DNA from: Eledone cirrhosa
Lineage: Eukaryota
Assembly: GCA_964016885.1 (NCBI GenBank)
Contig: OZ024742.1
Location: 274,288,001 to 274,352,000 of the forward strand
DNA length: 64,000 nt
Direction of reading: 5' to 3'
In this document: positions 49,800 through 63,420 of the stretch, piece after piece
Layout of the letters: every line of letters begins with the position of its first letter
Numbering within the stretch: position 1 is the first letter of the stretch
The notes under the pieces: model-generated
The model's input: only the letters and a program-made list of their open reading frames with translations
Told to the model about the DNA's origin: nothing
The model's database searches: none
Translations under genes and position numbers: made by a program

Positions 49800-52730
49800 T
49801 AAACAGCAGCCACGGTTGTTACAAAAGAATGTGGATAACCTCTCAGAGCTCTAGAAGCAAGAAAAACAATCCCACACAAACGTGGAAATCAAGGATATAA
49901 CAGAGAGAGAATAAATGAAATGACCTACAATCTTAAATGAAATAGAAAAAAACCCAACAAAAGTAAGAACAGAGGAAAAAATTAAAACATTATAAAAATA
50001 TAACCTAACAGAAAGGGAAATCCGAAACACCAAGGAAAGCCTAAAACAGCAAATACTGGCAAAGGCATAAATAATGCGGAGATATGAAAAGCGCCATAAA
50101 TTTGTTCAACAAAATCAGCTGTTTCACTCCAACCCAAAACGACTCCACCAGGAATTTAATAGAAATAAATTAGAAGTTCATGTAGCCCCAAAAGTAAAAG
50201 AAGTGGAGAAGAATATGGGCAGAATAAGAAAAAAATTACCATGCACAAAGGTAGCAAGAACATCAAAACAGCAGACGAACAACTATGGGGTGATATTACA
50301 GCATATGATGTGTCTATCACTCTGAGAGGGGAAAGCAAGTGGAAGGCACCAGAACATAACAAGATCCCCAACTTCTGGTCTAAATATTTAACAGGAGCAC
50401 ATGATATACTTGGAAAGGAATTTAATGAAATTATGATAGAACCAGAAAAAAAAACTCCTGACTGGCTCCATGAGGGGAAAACAACCCTGACTCCCCAACA
50501 TAATGACACAGCAAGCTCCAAAAATTACATTACAGACCAATAACCTGCTTGCCTACTACATACAAAACCTTAACGTTAATGCTATAACAGAAAATAACCA
50601 AACACCTAGAAGAAAAACCAACCTGCTCCCAGGAGAACAGAAAGGATGCCACAGAGACTCACATGGATGCAAACATCAGTTGTTAATAAATAAAGAATTA
50701 ATTGAAAACTGCAAAAAATAAAAAAAAACCTTAGCCTGACTTTGATTGATTAGCAAAATGCGTTTGACAGGGTTCCCCATACATGGATACTCAACACACT
50801 AGCCATGAGTAAAATATCCGAAAAAATAACAACATCCATCAAACACACCTTGAGTAAATGGCAAACAATTCTACACACACAAAGGATAAAACAATAAAAA
50901 CAGAGCCTATCCCAATCAACAGAAGCATATTCCAAGAAGAATCTGTAACACCACTACTTTTTTGCCTAGCATTAACACCACTATCTGAAAAAATAAACAG
51001 AACTGAGTTAAGGTACAAATGCTACAATGGGAACTTTAACCACCTCATTAATGTATTATATAAAGGGCGGTGGATTGGCAGTATCGGTAGAGGGTCGGAC
51101 GCCATGCTTTGACGCATAGAGTTACGGCCCTTGCCATTCTGAGTTCAAATCCCGCCGAGGTTAACTTTGCCTTTCATCCTTACGGGGTCGATAAAATAAA
51201 GTACCAGTAATGTACTGGGTAATTTCTGGCCTTGTGCCAATAGTAGAAACAATTAATGTATTATATAAAGCTGTATGCTACAAATGAAAAACAACTCCAA
51301 ACACTGCTCCAAACTATACACGAATTCACGAAAGAAATAGGTATGAAATTTGGAAATCTGCCAAGGCAACTCGGAAGTGAGGGTGGGGAACAAGGAATAC
51401 TACAGAAGAATTAGGTTAATAGTAAAAAATAAAGTAAATATAAAAAATAGGGTGATTGGCATCAACACTTTAGCAGTCCTAATAATGAGCTAGAGCTTTA
51501 AGATAACTAGCTGGAATAGATAGAATAAGAAGAAAAATGATGAATGCATTTAGAATACACCATCCAAAATCAGACGTACATATGTTATACCTATCAAAAA
51601 CACAAGGAGCAAGGGACTTTATGCAACTAGAACATTTCTATAAATTAACTACTCTAGGACTAGAAACATACTTAATAAAAAACAATGGAATGCTAATGTG
51701 AATAGCAAGGAAATACGAACAAAACAAAAAACAATTCTCGGTCTTCAAGGAAGCCAACAAATACAAATCAGAAACTGGGCTAACAGATAATTGAGGAAAA
51801 TGACAAAAGAGAAAGGACAACCGTAGAAATTGTGAAATACATAAAACTTAAATTGAAATCTGAGCTCCAGAATGCCATGTTAAAAAGATGGCAGGAGAAA
51901 TACCTACATAAGCAATACACCAAAAAGATAAATGGAAAGCAGGTAGACAAAGAAACACACAAAACTGGCCCCAAAGCACATGAATGAAAGCCATGACTGA
52001 AAAATTTCTAATTGCACCGAAGGACTAGATTCTACCTATCAGGATCTACCAGAAGTACATAATGAAACAAGCACAATAAGGAACTTTAGAATATGTGGAG
52101 ATAGAGTAGAAATAAACAAACACGTAGTCTCTAGATTCCCAGCACTAACGAAACGAAAAAATAAAATATCCACAGACCTGATAGAGTTGGAACCTTCATA
52201 CACTGGAAAATATGCCAACATTGTGAAATACCAACACAAAAACTATGGTACAAACACACACCAGACAAAGTGTCTGAGAATGACAAGGCAACCATTCTCT
52301 AGGATATGTCAATACATATATACAGAGAGATAAAGGCCAGCCGACCAGATATTATAGGTAAAGACCACAAAGAAACCAAATGCCTTCTCATAGATGTGAC
52401 GTATCTCTTCCCACATATAACAATTTATTTTCCAAGGAATTAGAGAAACAATCCAAAGATAAAGATCTAGAGATAGAAATACATTGAATGTGAAAATGAA
52501 AACAGATACGATTCCAATAATAATAGCTGTTCTAGGAATGATAAAAAAAAACAGATGAATATATAGAAAAAACCTAGGACTTATAGCATACAAAAGTTAG
52601 CTCCTCTACGCACTGCACCCATATCACGAAAACTACTATCAATACAATAGAAAAAACATTAGCAAAACATACCCAAGGCGCACAGAGTTGCGCTCTGTGA
52701 AGCAGTAATGTCGCGCAAGAAAAATAATAA
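49800..52730 (+). mobile_element. Old, heavily degraded R4/Dong-like LINE
   Basis: RRYEKR..QQNQLF, WKAPE, PDWLHEGKT, EQKGC..QLLINK, AFDRVPH and RPDII. Many stops. Confidence 0.75.
51066..51254 (+). mobile_element. Full-length SINE with 19-bp TSD
   Basis: ATTAATGTATTATATAAAG at 51047-51065 and 51252-51270. Confidence 0.9.
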
Positions 52731-52769
52731 TGGAAATAATGATAATAATAATAATAATAATAATAATAA

Positions 52770-54967
52770 CCAACTGGAAATCACCAGGCCCAGATGGTGT
52801 GCAGGGGTATTGGATTAAAAATTTAACATCCCTCCACCCGAAACTGACAACCATGTTCAATGACTGCTTGATGTCAGGTGCGGTACCAGAGTGGTTGACA
52901 AAAGGTACCACAGTTCTGATAATGAAAGACCGAATCAAGGGTAATGATGTTACCAACTATAGACCTATCACATGTCTGTCCGTAATGTGGAAACTGCTGA
53001 CGAGCATTGTGTCTGAGGAAATCTACCATCACCTCCACACAAACAACTTGTTACCGGACAAACAGAAAGGATGCCTAAAGAAGTCACGTGGTACAAAGGA
53101 CCAGTTACTTATTCATAAGATGGTAATGGGGAATTGCAGGAGGAGACACACTGATCTTGCCATGGGATGGATAGACTACAGAAAGGCATTTGACATGGTG
53201 CCTCATTCTTGGATCACCAAAAGCCTGGAAATCTTCAAGGTGGCAGATAACATCAGACAGTTGCTGGGCAGGAGTATGAGGTCCTGGGAAACAGAGTTGA
53301 CATCAACTGGAGAATCCTTGGGAAGCGTGAAGATCAAGAGAGGTATCTTCCAGGGAGATTGCCTGTCCTCTCTGTTGTTTGTCCTTGCCCTGATGCCCCT
53401 GACCATTATGCTGCGAAAAGTGAGAGCAGGATACAAGTTGGGAAAGGGAGAGCTTACCATCAATCACCTCCTCTTCATGGACGATCTTAAGCTCTTCGGG
53501 AAGAGTGAGAAGGAGTTGGATGTGCTTGTTGACACTGTCCGTATTTTCAGCAGTGATATATGTATGCAGTTTGGTATTAGTAAGTGTGGAGTCATTGTGA
53601 TGAGGAGGGGTAGGTTGAGCAGAAGTAACGGAATCCAGATACCAACAGGTGAGATGATAAAGGAAATTGACTCTGAGGAAGGATACAAGTATTTGGGCGT
53701 TCTGGAGGCTGATGGCATAAAGAACAAAAAAATGAAGGAATTGTTAAGAACTAAATACATTCGGAGAGTAAGGAGCGTATTCAAGTCACATCTGAACAGC
53801 AGAAATGCCATAAGCGCAGTAAATTCCCGAGCTGTGTCTATTATTAGGTACAGTGCGGGAATTCTGAGATGGAATGTTGCTGAACAAAAAGAAATGGATA
53901 GGAAGACTAGGAAGCTATTGACTATCTACAACATGTTCCACAAGAGGAGTGATGTCGATAGTCTCTACCTAAGGAGATCTGAGGGTGGAAGAGGTCTTAT
54001 CAGCATAGAGGACTGTGTTCAGATGGAGAAAAACAACCTACACAAATACGTGACTGATAGTAAGGAGCCAATGCTCAGAACTGTACTGAAGGAGGGGACA
54101 ATAGGCCAGGTGATGTCCAAGGAGAAAATAACATCAAGGAGAAAGAGCAGCCTTCAGGGAAAATCCCTTCATAGTACCTTCTTTGAGAAAACAGAATTTA
54201 GAGATCCACAGACATGGAACTGGTTGAGAAGAGGAGACCTCAAAAAGGCTACAGAAGTAATGTTAATGGCTGCGCAGGAGCAGGCCCTCAAAACGAAGTG
54301 GTTGAAACACCATATTTACAAGGAGGAGGCTAGCCCACTGTGCAGGATCTGTGGAGAGAGAGAGGAGACTGTGGCTCACATTGTATCCGAGTGTAAACAC
54401 CTAGCCCAGACCCACTATAAGGGCTGGAGACATGATGTGATGGGCAGGGTGATCCACTGGCACCTGTGCAAAGTAAACAATTTACCACATTCTGAGAAAT
54501 GGTATGAGCATAAGCCAGAGGCGGTGATGGAGAACGATCAGGTGAAGGTGCTGTGGGATGTTAGGATACAGACGGACAAGAAACTGGAACACAATAGACC
54601 TGACCTGGTGGTTGTGGACAAAGAAAAAAGATCGTGTCTGATTGTGGATGTGGCCTGCCCATTCGACACGAGAGTGCAAGAGAAGGAGGGGGAGGAAATT
54701 AACCGATACCAGGACTTAAAGTGGGAGGTAAAAAGGATTTGGAACTGCCATGAAGTGAAAGTGATCCCGATTGTCATAGGCGCATTGGGGACTATCTCCA
54801 AAAGTTTCCAGGGATGGTTAAAGAAAATCGGCCCCTTCAAAAGGCATGCTTTCTGGGAACAGCAAGAACCCTCCGATACATCCTGAATATCTGAGGCTGC
54901 AGGTAGTGGCTTGATATTCATTCCAGCGGACTTTCCAGTTAACTAACATCAATGACTGAGATTCAAT
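52770..54967 (+). mobile_element. Young 5'-truncated R4/Dong-like LINE inserted in (TAA)n; uninterrupted RT-CCHC-REL frame to 54886
   Basis: NWKSPGPDG, WIDYRKAFD, IFQGD, FMDD, CRICGEREETVAHIVSEC and RPDLVV..IVDVACP. (ATA)n at 52742-52769 and 54968-54994. Confidence 0.92.
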
Positions 54968-54995
54968 CATAATAATAATAATAATAATAATAATT

Positions 54996-56990
54996 TCTTT
55001 TATTAGCCACCAGGGCCGACATGTAGGGGACAATACAAAGACAGGGACAGTGGGGGTTTACAATAAGGTCGAGTAAAAGTACACAATGGCAAGACAAATT
55101 TAACAATGAAAATATAAAAAAAATATAAAATAAACTATGCATAAATATAACAAAATAAATTCCCCGATAGGGGGTGGACGACCCTGGGGTGATTCGGGTA
55201 CCCCACCAATCCTGAACCACCCTGCGTTTCTAGGGAACCCAGGAGAGCACCTCTCTCCTCAAGTTAGCCAGCCTATAGGCGCATGGTCAGAGTATGCCCA
55301 TTCACACGAGCCATTCTCGCCACATTCACCCACCTTTTAGCAAATGTACTGGGGGGGCAGCACTTCTCTCTCCACCCTCACCCTCCTTTCCAGGTGAAAC
55401 TTGAAGAAGTTGATGAGGGATTGGCCGAAGAGAAAAGTGTCTGTCTTTAGTCCTTTCAACCTGGTCCACCATATAACCTCTTTCGCAACTGCCACCATGC
55501 AGAGGAAAATGCTCTTCCTGACCTAAGGAAGGTGGCGGCTCGATCTTCACTATGGACTCGGCCGATAGCCGGATTCGTTCCACACGCGACAGTAGCTGTT
55601 CGACATAACTCCACAAGTCAGTAATGCACGGACATTGGACAAGTGCGTGCAGAACGGTTTCGTCGTTCTGTGCGCATCTTGGGGAGGTCCGTCTGACAGC
55701 ACTTCCGTGCCTGTAGAGTTTATCCCAAACCGGCAGTGCCCCCCGGTAGCACTGCCAAGCGAGGGATTTATGGAAATTGTCCATCGTCCCCGGCTCAAAA
55801 TTCCTCCGGTACAGACTGATCAGTTCGACTTCGTCGAGGCCCAAAGCTTCTCCGAGTGCGTCATCGCACTGCCCACCACTAATCCTCTATAGAACTCGAG
55901 AGTGGAAGTTCCACTGATCGCATTGCCCGCTTGGTAGAGGGCAGTGAGTGCCTGGCAACATTCCAGTTGCCAGTCACCCAGTCTCGATCTCTTCTTGACC
56001 CAGGACTGCAGCTCAGTCAAAGAAATGAGCTGCGGAAAGGCCCGTCTGATAAACGGCGACCACACCTGTTCACCATTGAGGCAGAATATCTGGAGATGTC
56101 GCAGCCTCAACGCATGTCTGCGCATCATTAGCCACGGCATGCCCAGCCCTCCGCGTAGAGGGTACTGGCAGCAGATGGACCGCCTCACCAACGGAACTTG
56201 TCCCCTCCACAAGAATTTGAAGAGGAGCCGTTCCAACTTGACGAGGCGCGGACGGGGGCAAGGCACGACGGTTAGGCGGTAGTAGATGACGGACGCGATG
56301 TACGCATTCGCCACCTCCGCGCGACCTTTCAGTGATAGGTTCATCCCAGCCCATTTTTGGGGTGAGACTGGCTACTCTGCTCGTTACCTCGTCCCAATTC
56401 TTTTCCACCTGGAGATCTGGTCCGAACCAAACCCCGAGCAACTTTACTGGTCCGTCCGTCCAGCGCCCCACGACGTTGTTGGATGGCATGGGCTTGCCTC
56501 TCAAAGTTCCGAGCTGCAAGCCCACCGACTTTTCCGGGTTAAGTTTGGCTCCTGTCAACCTTTCATATTCCTTCAATAAGGTGCCGACCACCTCGATCTC
56601 TGAGGTGTTCGACACCATCACCGTGATGTCGTCCGCATAAGCCGACACGGCCTTTCCACGTCCCGGTTCGAGCGGGATGCCCTGCAACAGCTACAGCTTC
56701 CGCAGTAAAGGCTCAAGAGTCAATACGTACAGAAAGGAAGAGAGAGGGCACCCTTGACGGACCGATCGGGAGAGCCGAAATGGTTCGGAGAGGTGGCCAT
56801 TAACCTTGACCACCGAGCGTGTGCCGCTGTGCATTGCAACGATCCAGCTTCTAAAGACAGGGCCGAAGCCAGATGCTTTGAGGACAAACTCCAGATACCG
56901 ATGATCGACCCTATCGAATGCTTTCGATTGATCTAAATTGATCAGTGCCCCACCGAAGCCAGGTTTACACCCTACCCTCTCTATGATGAA
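54996..56990 (-). mobile_element. Tx1/L1-like LINE (second subfamily), 5'-truncated
   Basis: LDQSKAFDRVDH, SVRQGCPLS, SAYADD, GGLGMP and ALPVWDKL. The 3' end CTAATAAAAGAAA joins (ATT)n. Confidence 0.88.
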
Positions 56991-57745
56991 TACTTTCTTT
57001 ATTAACCACAAGGGTTTACATAAAGTAGACATTAAGAACAGTACAGGACAATACAGGACGGTACAAATTGGCATTTCTGCGTGTAAAAAACAAGAAACAG
57101 AGGATGTAATAATAGAACAATGAAAAAATTCCCCAAAAGGGGGGGGGGGAGACTTCCGAGGGACATTCGTGGAGAAAGCCCATTAAAAAGCCACAGTGAC
57201 CCTGACCACCAGGGCAAGTGCCCTCTCCCAGTTTTCCACCTTTAATTTACAGACACATACTCAGAGTAGGCCCATTCACTCGGGCCATTCTTGCCTCTCT
57301 CACCCATCTTTCAACAAAATGCTGGGAAGAGAGCACTTCCCTTTCTACACTGATTTTCCTTTTCAAATGAAATTTGAAAAAGTTAATCAGGGCATCACCG
57401 AAGAGGTAAGTGCTCGTCTTCAGCCCTTTTAAACGTGTCCACCATACTATCTCTTTCGCCATGGCCACCAGACAGATAAAAACTGCCTGCCCTTCCCGGC
57501 TAAAGGAAGAGGGCAGGGAAATCCTCACGGTGGACTCAGCTGATAGCTGGATCCGTCCTACACGCGACAGCAGGTGTTCGACATAAACCCACAAGTCAGC
57601 AATGCTCTGACACTGGACGAGTTCGTGCAGGACGGTTTCGTCGCCCTGCGCGTATCTCGGACATACCTGGCTGACGGCACCTCCATGCCTGTAGAGTTTA
57701 TCCCGAACAGGCAAAGCTCCTCGGTAGGACTGGCAGGCCAGGGAT
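56991..57745 (-). mobile_element. Tx1-like 3' fragment (first subfamily)
   Basis: LPVRDKLYRHG..CPR..ETVLH..C. The 3' UTR matches 39490-39750. Confidence 0.85.
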
Positions 57746-57939
57746 TTACGGAAGTTACGGATCTTGTGGGCATTTTTATCCCTAACATGATAAATAGAAA
57801 ACTGCCGGAGATTTATATAGCGACGACATACTATTTATTGTAGAAAAACATAATAAGAGCAAATTAAAAAGAGTAAATAAAGTAATTATAGAATTTTTTT
57901 TAAATTACGACCTCAAATTAGAAGTAGAAAATAATAAAT

Positions 57940-60900
57940 CATTATCAGGTCGGGCTTGCTCGGCCTTCTACGACACGTTTCCTCCATCCATATCTGTCTC
58001 TCATAGCGGTTGCCATTTCTTCCGCAGTGCATCCAGTATCGTCCTCAAGTTGCTTGACGTATGTCTTCTTGGGACGACCAGCATTTCTTGCGCCATGAGT
58101 TGGACTCCATAACAATACATCGTCAGCAATTTCTTCCTTGCTGCGCCAACAGTGGCCAGCAAATCTGAGTCTCTGTTTACGAATTGATTTGCTGATAGGT
58201 GGTATATTTCCATAGAGATCCTTATTTGTGGGTGTTCCTCCAAAATACGTTTAAATCAGCACGAAGCATACTTGTGTATGCCCTCTCTAGCTTTTTCTCC
58301 AGTTTTTCTCCATAAACAAGCACAGATTCCACAGCAGCTCTGAAGAAATTCCTTTTCAGTTTGGCGGGCAGGTTTCATTTCCATATTTTTTCCATTGCAT
58401 TCAATGCTCCCCAGGCTTTTCCCAGTCTGATGTTAACATCATGTTCTGTGGAAGCGATATAGCTACCCAAGTATTTGAAGTCGTCAACTTGCTTGATTAT
58501 ATCGCCGTTTAGACTTCGCATACCAACTGAGGAGTCTTGGTTCAGGCAAATATATTCAGTTTTGCCTGCGTTGGCATAGAGTCCTATTTCCTTTGCAACT
58601 GATTCGATGCTGTGAAGTAGTGATGTTGCATCTTTAAGGTAGTCAGCGAGGACCGCTAAATCATCCGCATAGTCAGCATCGGTGATTTTCTGAGCTGAAT
58701 GGCCTGTACACTTTCGCTTTGTGAGAGTGAGACCAAACTCTAAGTTTTCGTCTAGGGCTTTTCTCAATACATAGTCGAGGCAGATGATAAAAATATATGG
58801 TGCAAGAATATCCCCTTGGAGTACTCCTGCAATGATGTCAAAGAAGTTGGTATCTTCATCAGGTGAGCGCACTATTGCGCGGGTGTTTTTATATAGCATC
58901 ATGATGGCATTTCCTGTTTCCTTTGGCAACCCGTAGGCTAGATATATCTCTCTCATCCTCCCACGATGGATGGAATCGAATGCTTTTGAAAAGTCAATAA
59001 ACAGGAGAGTTGGTGGGAAGTTTTTGGCTTTTACGCCTTCCAAGACACGCCGAATAGTAAATATTTTCCCTGGTGTTGATCTGTTGGTGCGGAAGCCATT
59101 TTGGTTCTTTCTCAGCAAGGGGTCAATGACAGGTCTTATTCTGTCAAGCAGCAACATGAGATTGCATATCTTTGCGACAATTGCCATTAGTGTTATGCCA
59201 CGGTAGATTTTAACCTTTCCAAGATCGCCCTTTTTGGAAAAAGGGAGTATACATCCCTCAGTCCATTTGTCTATGGGGTCTTGATTAGAGACACTATTAC
59301 ACAACTCTAGTAGGATTGGGTGAAATTCAGGTACCTTCCACACTTCAGCTGGGATCTCGTCGAGTCCGTACGCTTTTCCGTTACCAATACTTTTCACTGC
59401 TTTCTGTAGTTGCTCCATAGTGAAAGGACCTTTCTGTATTTGGTGTTCCTCTGTAAAAACGGGTATTATTTCTTCTTCGATGATCTGTAGTGCTTTGCCA
59501 AGTAGGTTCTGAAAATGTTGTTGCCACAGTTTTAAACGTTCGTCTTGGCTGGAGGCTTTCAGTTTGGCTCTGTCACTACTTTTTCTGCCATTAATTTCAT
59601 TGACAGTTTTCCAGGCTTCAGCAGTCCTCTTATTGCTGACAGTACTTGAGATATGATTGATATTTCTCTGGATGTATTCGGCTTAATCAATTTCATTCTC
59701 ACTTTTCAGTGCTGTACAAGCAGCATTGAAGTTATTAATGTTATCTAGAGATCGTTGAGTGTCTTTCAATTCTGCAGCTTTTCGCAACTCTTTGCGCCTT
59801 TGGCGTATCCTCTCTGTTTCCCAGGGTTTTCGTTTTTTAACCTTGCGTTCTAAAGGGATGGTGTCGGCCGCTACCTCTTTGAATGCCATTTGACGATTTT
59901 GTTGGCGCAGAGTCTTGTAGGACAGCAAATCGGTTGCCCAGTTGGGTTACAAAGGTTTTGTAAGTCTCAGGATTGGTATTCAGAACTGCCCAGTTGCAAG
60001 GAGTAGCATTTGCAGATTTCCTTTTATCCACTCGGAAACTTAATCGTATCTTAGCCGAGACAATGCGATGATCCGAGTCAACACTAACAAATGAGTCATA
60101 TGCTCTGCAATTTTTTGCGCTGTTCTTCCATTTTCGATTGATTATGATATAATCCAGTTGTGTCTTGTCACCATTTCGAAATTTGTGTGTCCACCGCTGG
60201 CCTGGTCTTTTTTGGAATATGGCGTTGAGACATCGTAAATTGTTCTCACACAAGTAATCTTTTAGCATACAACCGTTTCTATTGGTTTGTGAGTGGTATG
60301 AGAATTTGAATCCACCAAGCTGTCCAAGACGCGCGTTGGTGTCTCCTCCAACGATGAGAACATTATGTTTCGGGATTTATCTAGTGAGTGATGTTAGTTC
60401 CATGTAAAAACTCTCTACTTCAGACATGTCACATACATTTGTTGGACTATAGCAAGAGATTACAGTCTTTTTAGGATTCCCGTTAAACGTAGCTATCATT
60501 ATCCTTGATGTTATCATTTCAACACTCGCAAGTGCATCATAGGCTCGCGAGCGGAAAAGCATTCTAACTCCACCATTTGCTGCATTCATGTTGCTTTTCC
60601 AAGCTGAGCAGGTTATCAGCCTCCAATTGCCAAATATTTGCTCCTTTGTTACAAGTTCTTCATGTATGAACCGGTGCTCCTGAAGACAGATAACATCATG
60701 GTTGGTCGCCCCTGCTGAAACAATCAGATCAGGGATTTTATGGTTTTCTGGAGTGTTTTAACATTGAGTGTACCGGCAAAGATCTCTTTCTCTCCGTGTA
60801 CAAGTCGGGTTGGTTGTTTTCTCCGTGTATGTATCTGATTTTTCGACTGTAATCTGGGAATCCGTTGCAGGACGCGCTCCTTTTTTAACCGCGCGACGAG

Positions 60901-61490
60901 CGCTGTGGGATGAACATCGAAGGATTTGTGTCATATTCAGCTTTCAATAGCTGGATATACACTTGTGATCGCTACTCCATACAAGTGAAAACATTACTCT
61001 GTATTAGAGCGGTTGTGGCTCACCGAAACATCCAACAATAATTGATATGATCGCCTTGCCACTAGTAGTATGAAGCAAATTCAGTTACTTGGTCATTGCC
61101 TTATCTACTGATCCGACAACCTGCTTACCAATGTCGTCGTTTAACCCAGTCAGTATCGGTTTGACAGATTGCCTATCAAGGCCAAAGAGCTCTGTCCGCC
61201 CCGGCTTTGAAATCAGAGTGGTCCCTCTCCTAGACACATTGCCGACCAAGGCTACCAAATATACACTATATAAATTATACATATTTACACAATTTTTGGA
61301 TGGCCGTTGACTCTTATGAGTTCTTCCGCCCTTTGTCAGGTTTTGTTTTTGTCCTGCAGGATGTTCAAAATCACCCTCCTCACCAAGTAAACTTGATGTG
61401 GTTACCGGTTTAGTCGCCGACGACCCGATAATTCGACAGGTTGTACTGGGTTACATGTTACTAGTAGCACTTCAAAGTGGCCTGACATAG
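57940..61490 (-). mobile_element. RTE-clade LINE, near full length, degenerate
   Basis: APE motifs LNVKTL, ICLQEHR, CYSPTN, GGDTNA, LDYIII and SDHRIV. RT motifs QNGFR, DFSKAFD, GVLQGD, DYADD and FKYLGS. The 5' UTR is long. Confidence 0.88.
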
Positions 61491-61494
61491 TAAA

Positions 61495-63420
61495 TAATAA
61501 TATAATAGTTAATTTTTTAGTTGTGACTCTCAATTTGAACTCAGGCCTTTATTATCCCTTCCATAAAGTCATTGAGAATTTAAATTATGTTAGTTTCTAT
61601 TCTAATCATCCTAAAAGTGTTAAGAATGCAATAGTCAACAGTGTACAAGAACGAATATCCAGGCTATCTGCTAATAGATCCATATTTAATAGTAAGGCTG
61701 TATATTATAATGAAGCGTTACATAAAGCTGGATATAACAATAATATTGAGTATAAGGAAAAATACTGAAAATAAAATTAATTATAATCACAGTAATCATA
61801 ATAAAAATGAATATAAAAACAACAACTTGATGAATAAATCGGGGAAAACAATAAGAACTAGATCTATAATTTGGTATGCTCCACCAGCATCTTTAGCTAT
61901 TAAAATACCTGTGGCACATTTATTTTTTAAAGCTTGGGATAAGTCTTCCCTGGGTCACATAAATATTAGTCTATCTTCAATAGACACACGGTTAAACTTT
62001 CTTATTCAAAAACTATGAATATTGCTCAAAATATAGCAAAAATAAATAGTAAAAATCTTAATTTGAACTAACCTATAATTAGCAGTAAAATCCCCGGCAT
62101 ATGCTTTCTATTGTCCCCTTTTCTTGTGTGCCCTTGTGGCAAATAAATAAATATATCAATAACAATAATAATCGTTTCTACTTTTCGCACAAGGCCAGCA
62201 ATTATCCAGTGCATTACTGGTACTTTATTTTATCGACCCCGTACGGATGAAAGGCAAAGTTAACCTCGGCGGAATTTGAACTCAGAACGGCAAGGGCCGT
62301 AACTCTATGCGTCAAAGCATGGCGTCCGACCGTCTACCGATACTACCAACCCACCGCCCTTAACTAATGTATTGTTATCAATAACAATAATAATAACAAT
62401 ACATTAGTTAATGGGAATAACAATAATAATAGTTTAAACACGAATAACAGTAGAACCCCTTTAATAATAATTGTTTCAACTTTTGGCACAAGGCCAGATG
62501 TTGCCCAGCGTATTACTGGTACTTTATTTTATCGACCCCGTAAGGATGAAAGGCAAAGTTAACCTCGGCGGGGTTTGAACTCAGAACGGCAAGGGCCGTA
62601 ACTCTATGCGTCAAAGCATGGCGTCCGACCGTCTACCGATACTACCAACCCACCGCCCTTAACTAATGTATTGTTATCAATAACAATAATAATAACAATA
62701 CATTAGTTAATGGGAATAACAATAATAATAGTTTAAACACGAATAACAGTAGAACCCCTTTAATAATAATTGTTTCAACTTTTGGCACAAGGCCAGATGT
62801 TGCCCAGCGTATTACTGGTACTTTATTCTATCGACCCCGTAAGGATGAAAGGCAAAGTTAACCTCGGCGGGGTTTGAACTCAGAATGGCAAGGGCCGTAA
62901 CTCTATGCGTCAAAGCATAGCGTCCGACCCTCTACCGATACTGAAGGTCTATAAATAACATTGAGAAGAAATACAATTGCAGAAAGAAGTCCGAATGTCC
63001 TGTACAAAATAATGCCTTGATAAGAATCTAGTATATAAATGTACCATTAAGTCAAATAATAATATATATAACTACATTGGTGCCACTTCATCTAAATTTA
63101 AGCAACGTTGGTATAATCATAGACAATCTCTCAGTAAATCAGACAAGAAATTTTCAACTTCACTTTCACAATTAGTATGCTCTTTAAAGGACAATAATAT
63201 TAAATACTCCATCTCTTGGACAAAATTAAAGATTGCTAATTCCTATCAGTATTCAACTATTTCGCAAAATTGCAATCATTGTAACCTTGAGACTCTACAG
63301 ATAATTACAAATTATGACAATATAATCAACCAAAAAAAATGAATTATTTAGTAGTTGTCACCATAAAATTGGTAAAACTTTCCAGGCAATGTACAAGTTT
63401 CGAACAAATATTGACAATTA
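61495..63420 (+). mobile_element. Degenerate Penelope/Poseidon-type PLE interrupted by SINE-containing tandem repeats
   Basis: SNHPKSVK..RISRLS, RSIIWYAPP, NCRKKSECP and LVYKCTI..YIGATSSKFKQRWYNH. Confidence 0.8.
62160..62943 (-). repeat. About 2.6 tandem copies of a 299-bp unit (SINE plus flank)
   Basis: SINE copies start at about 62172, 62471 and 62770 with identical spacers. Confidence 0.9.

Noticed and set aside
62160-62943. Regularly spaced repeats resembling a CRISPR array
   Set aside because: Spacers are identical, the unit is a SINE plus flank, and there are no cas genes in this eukaryotic context.
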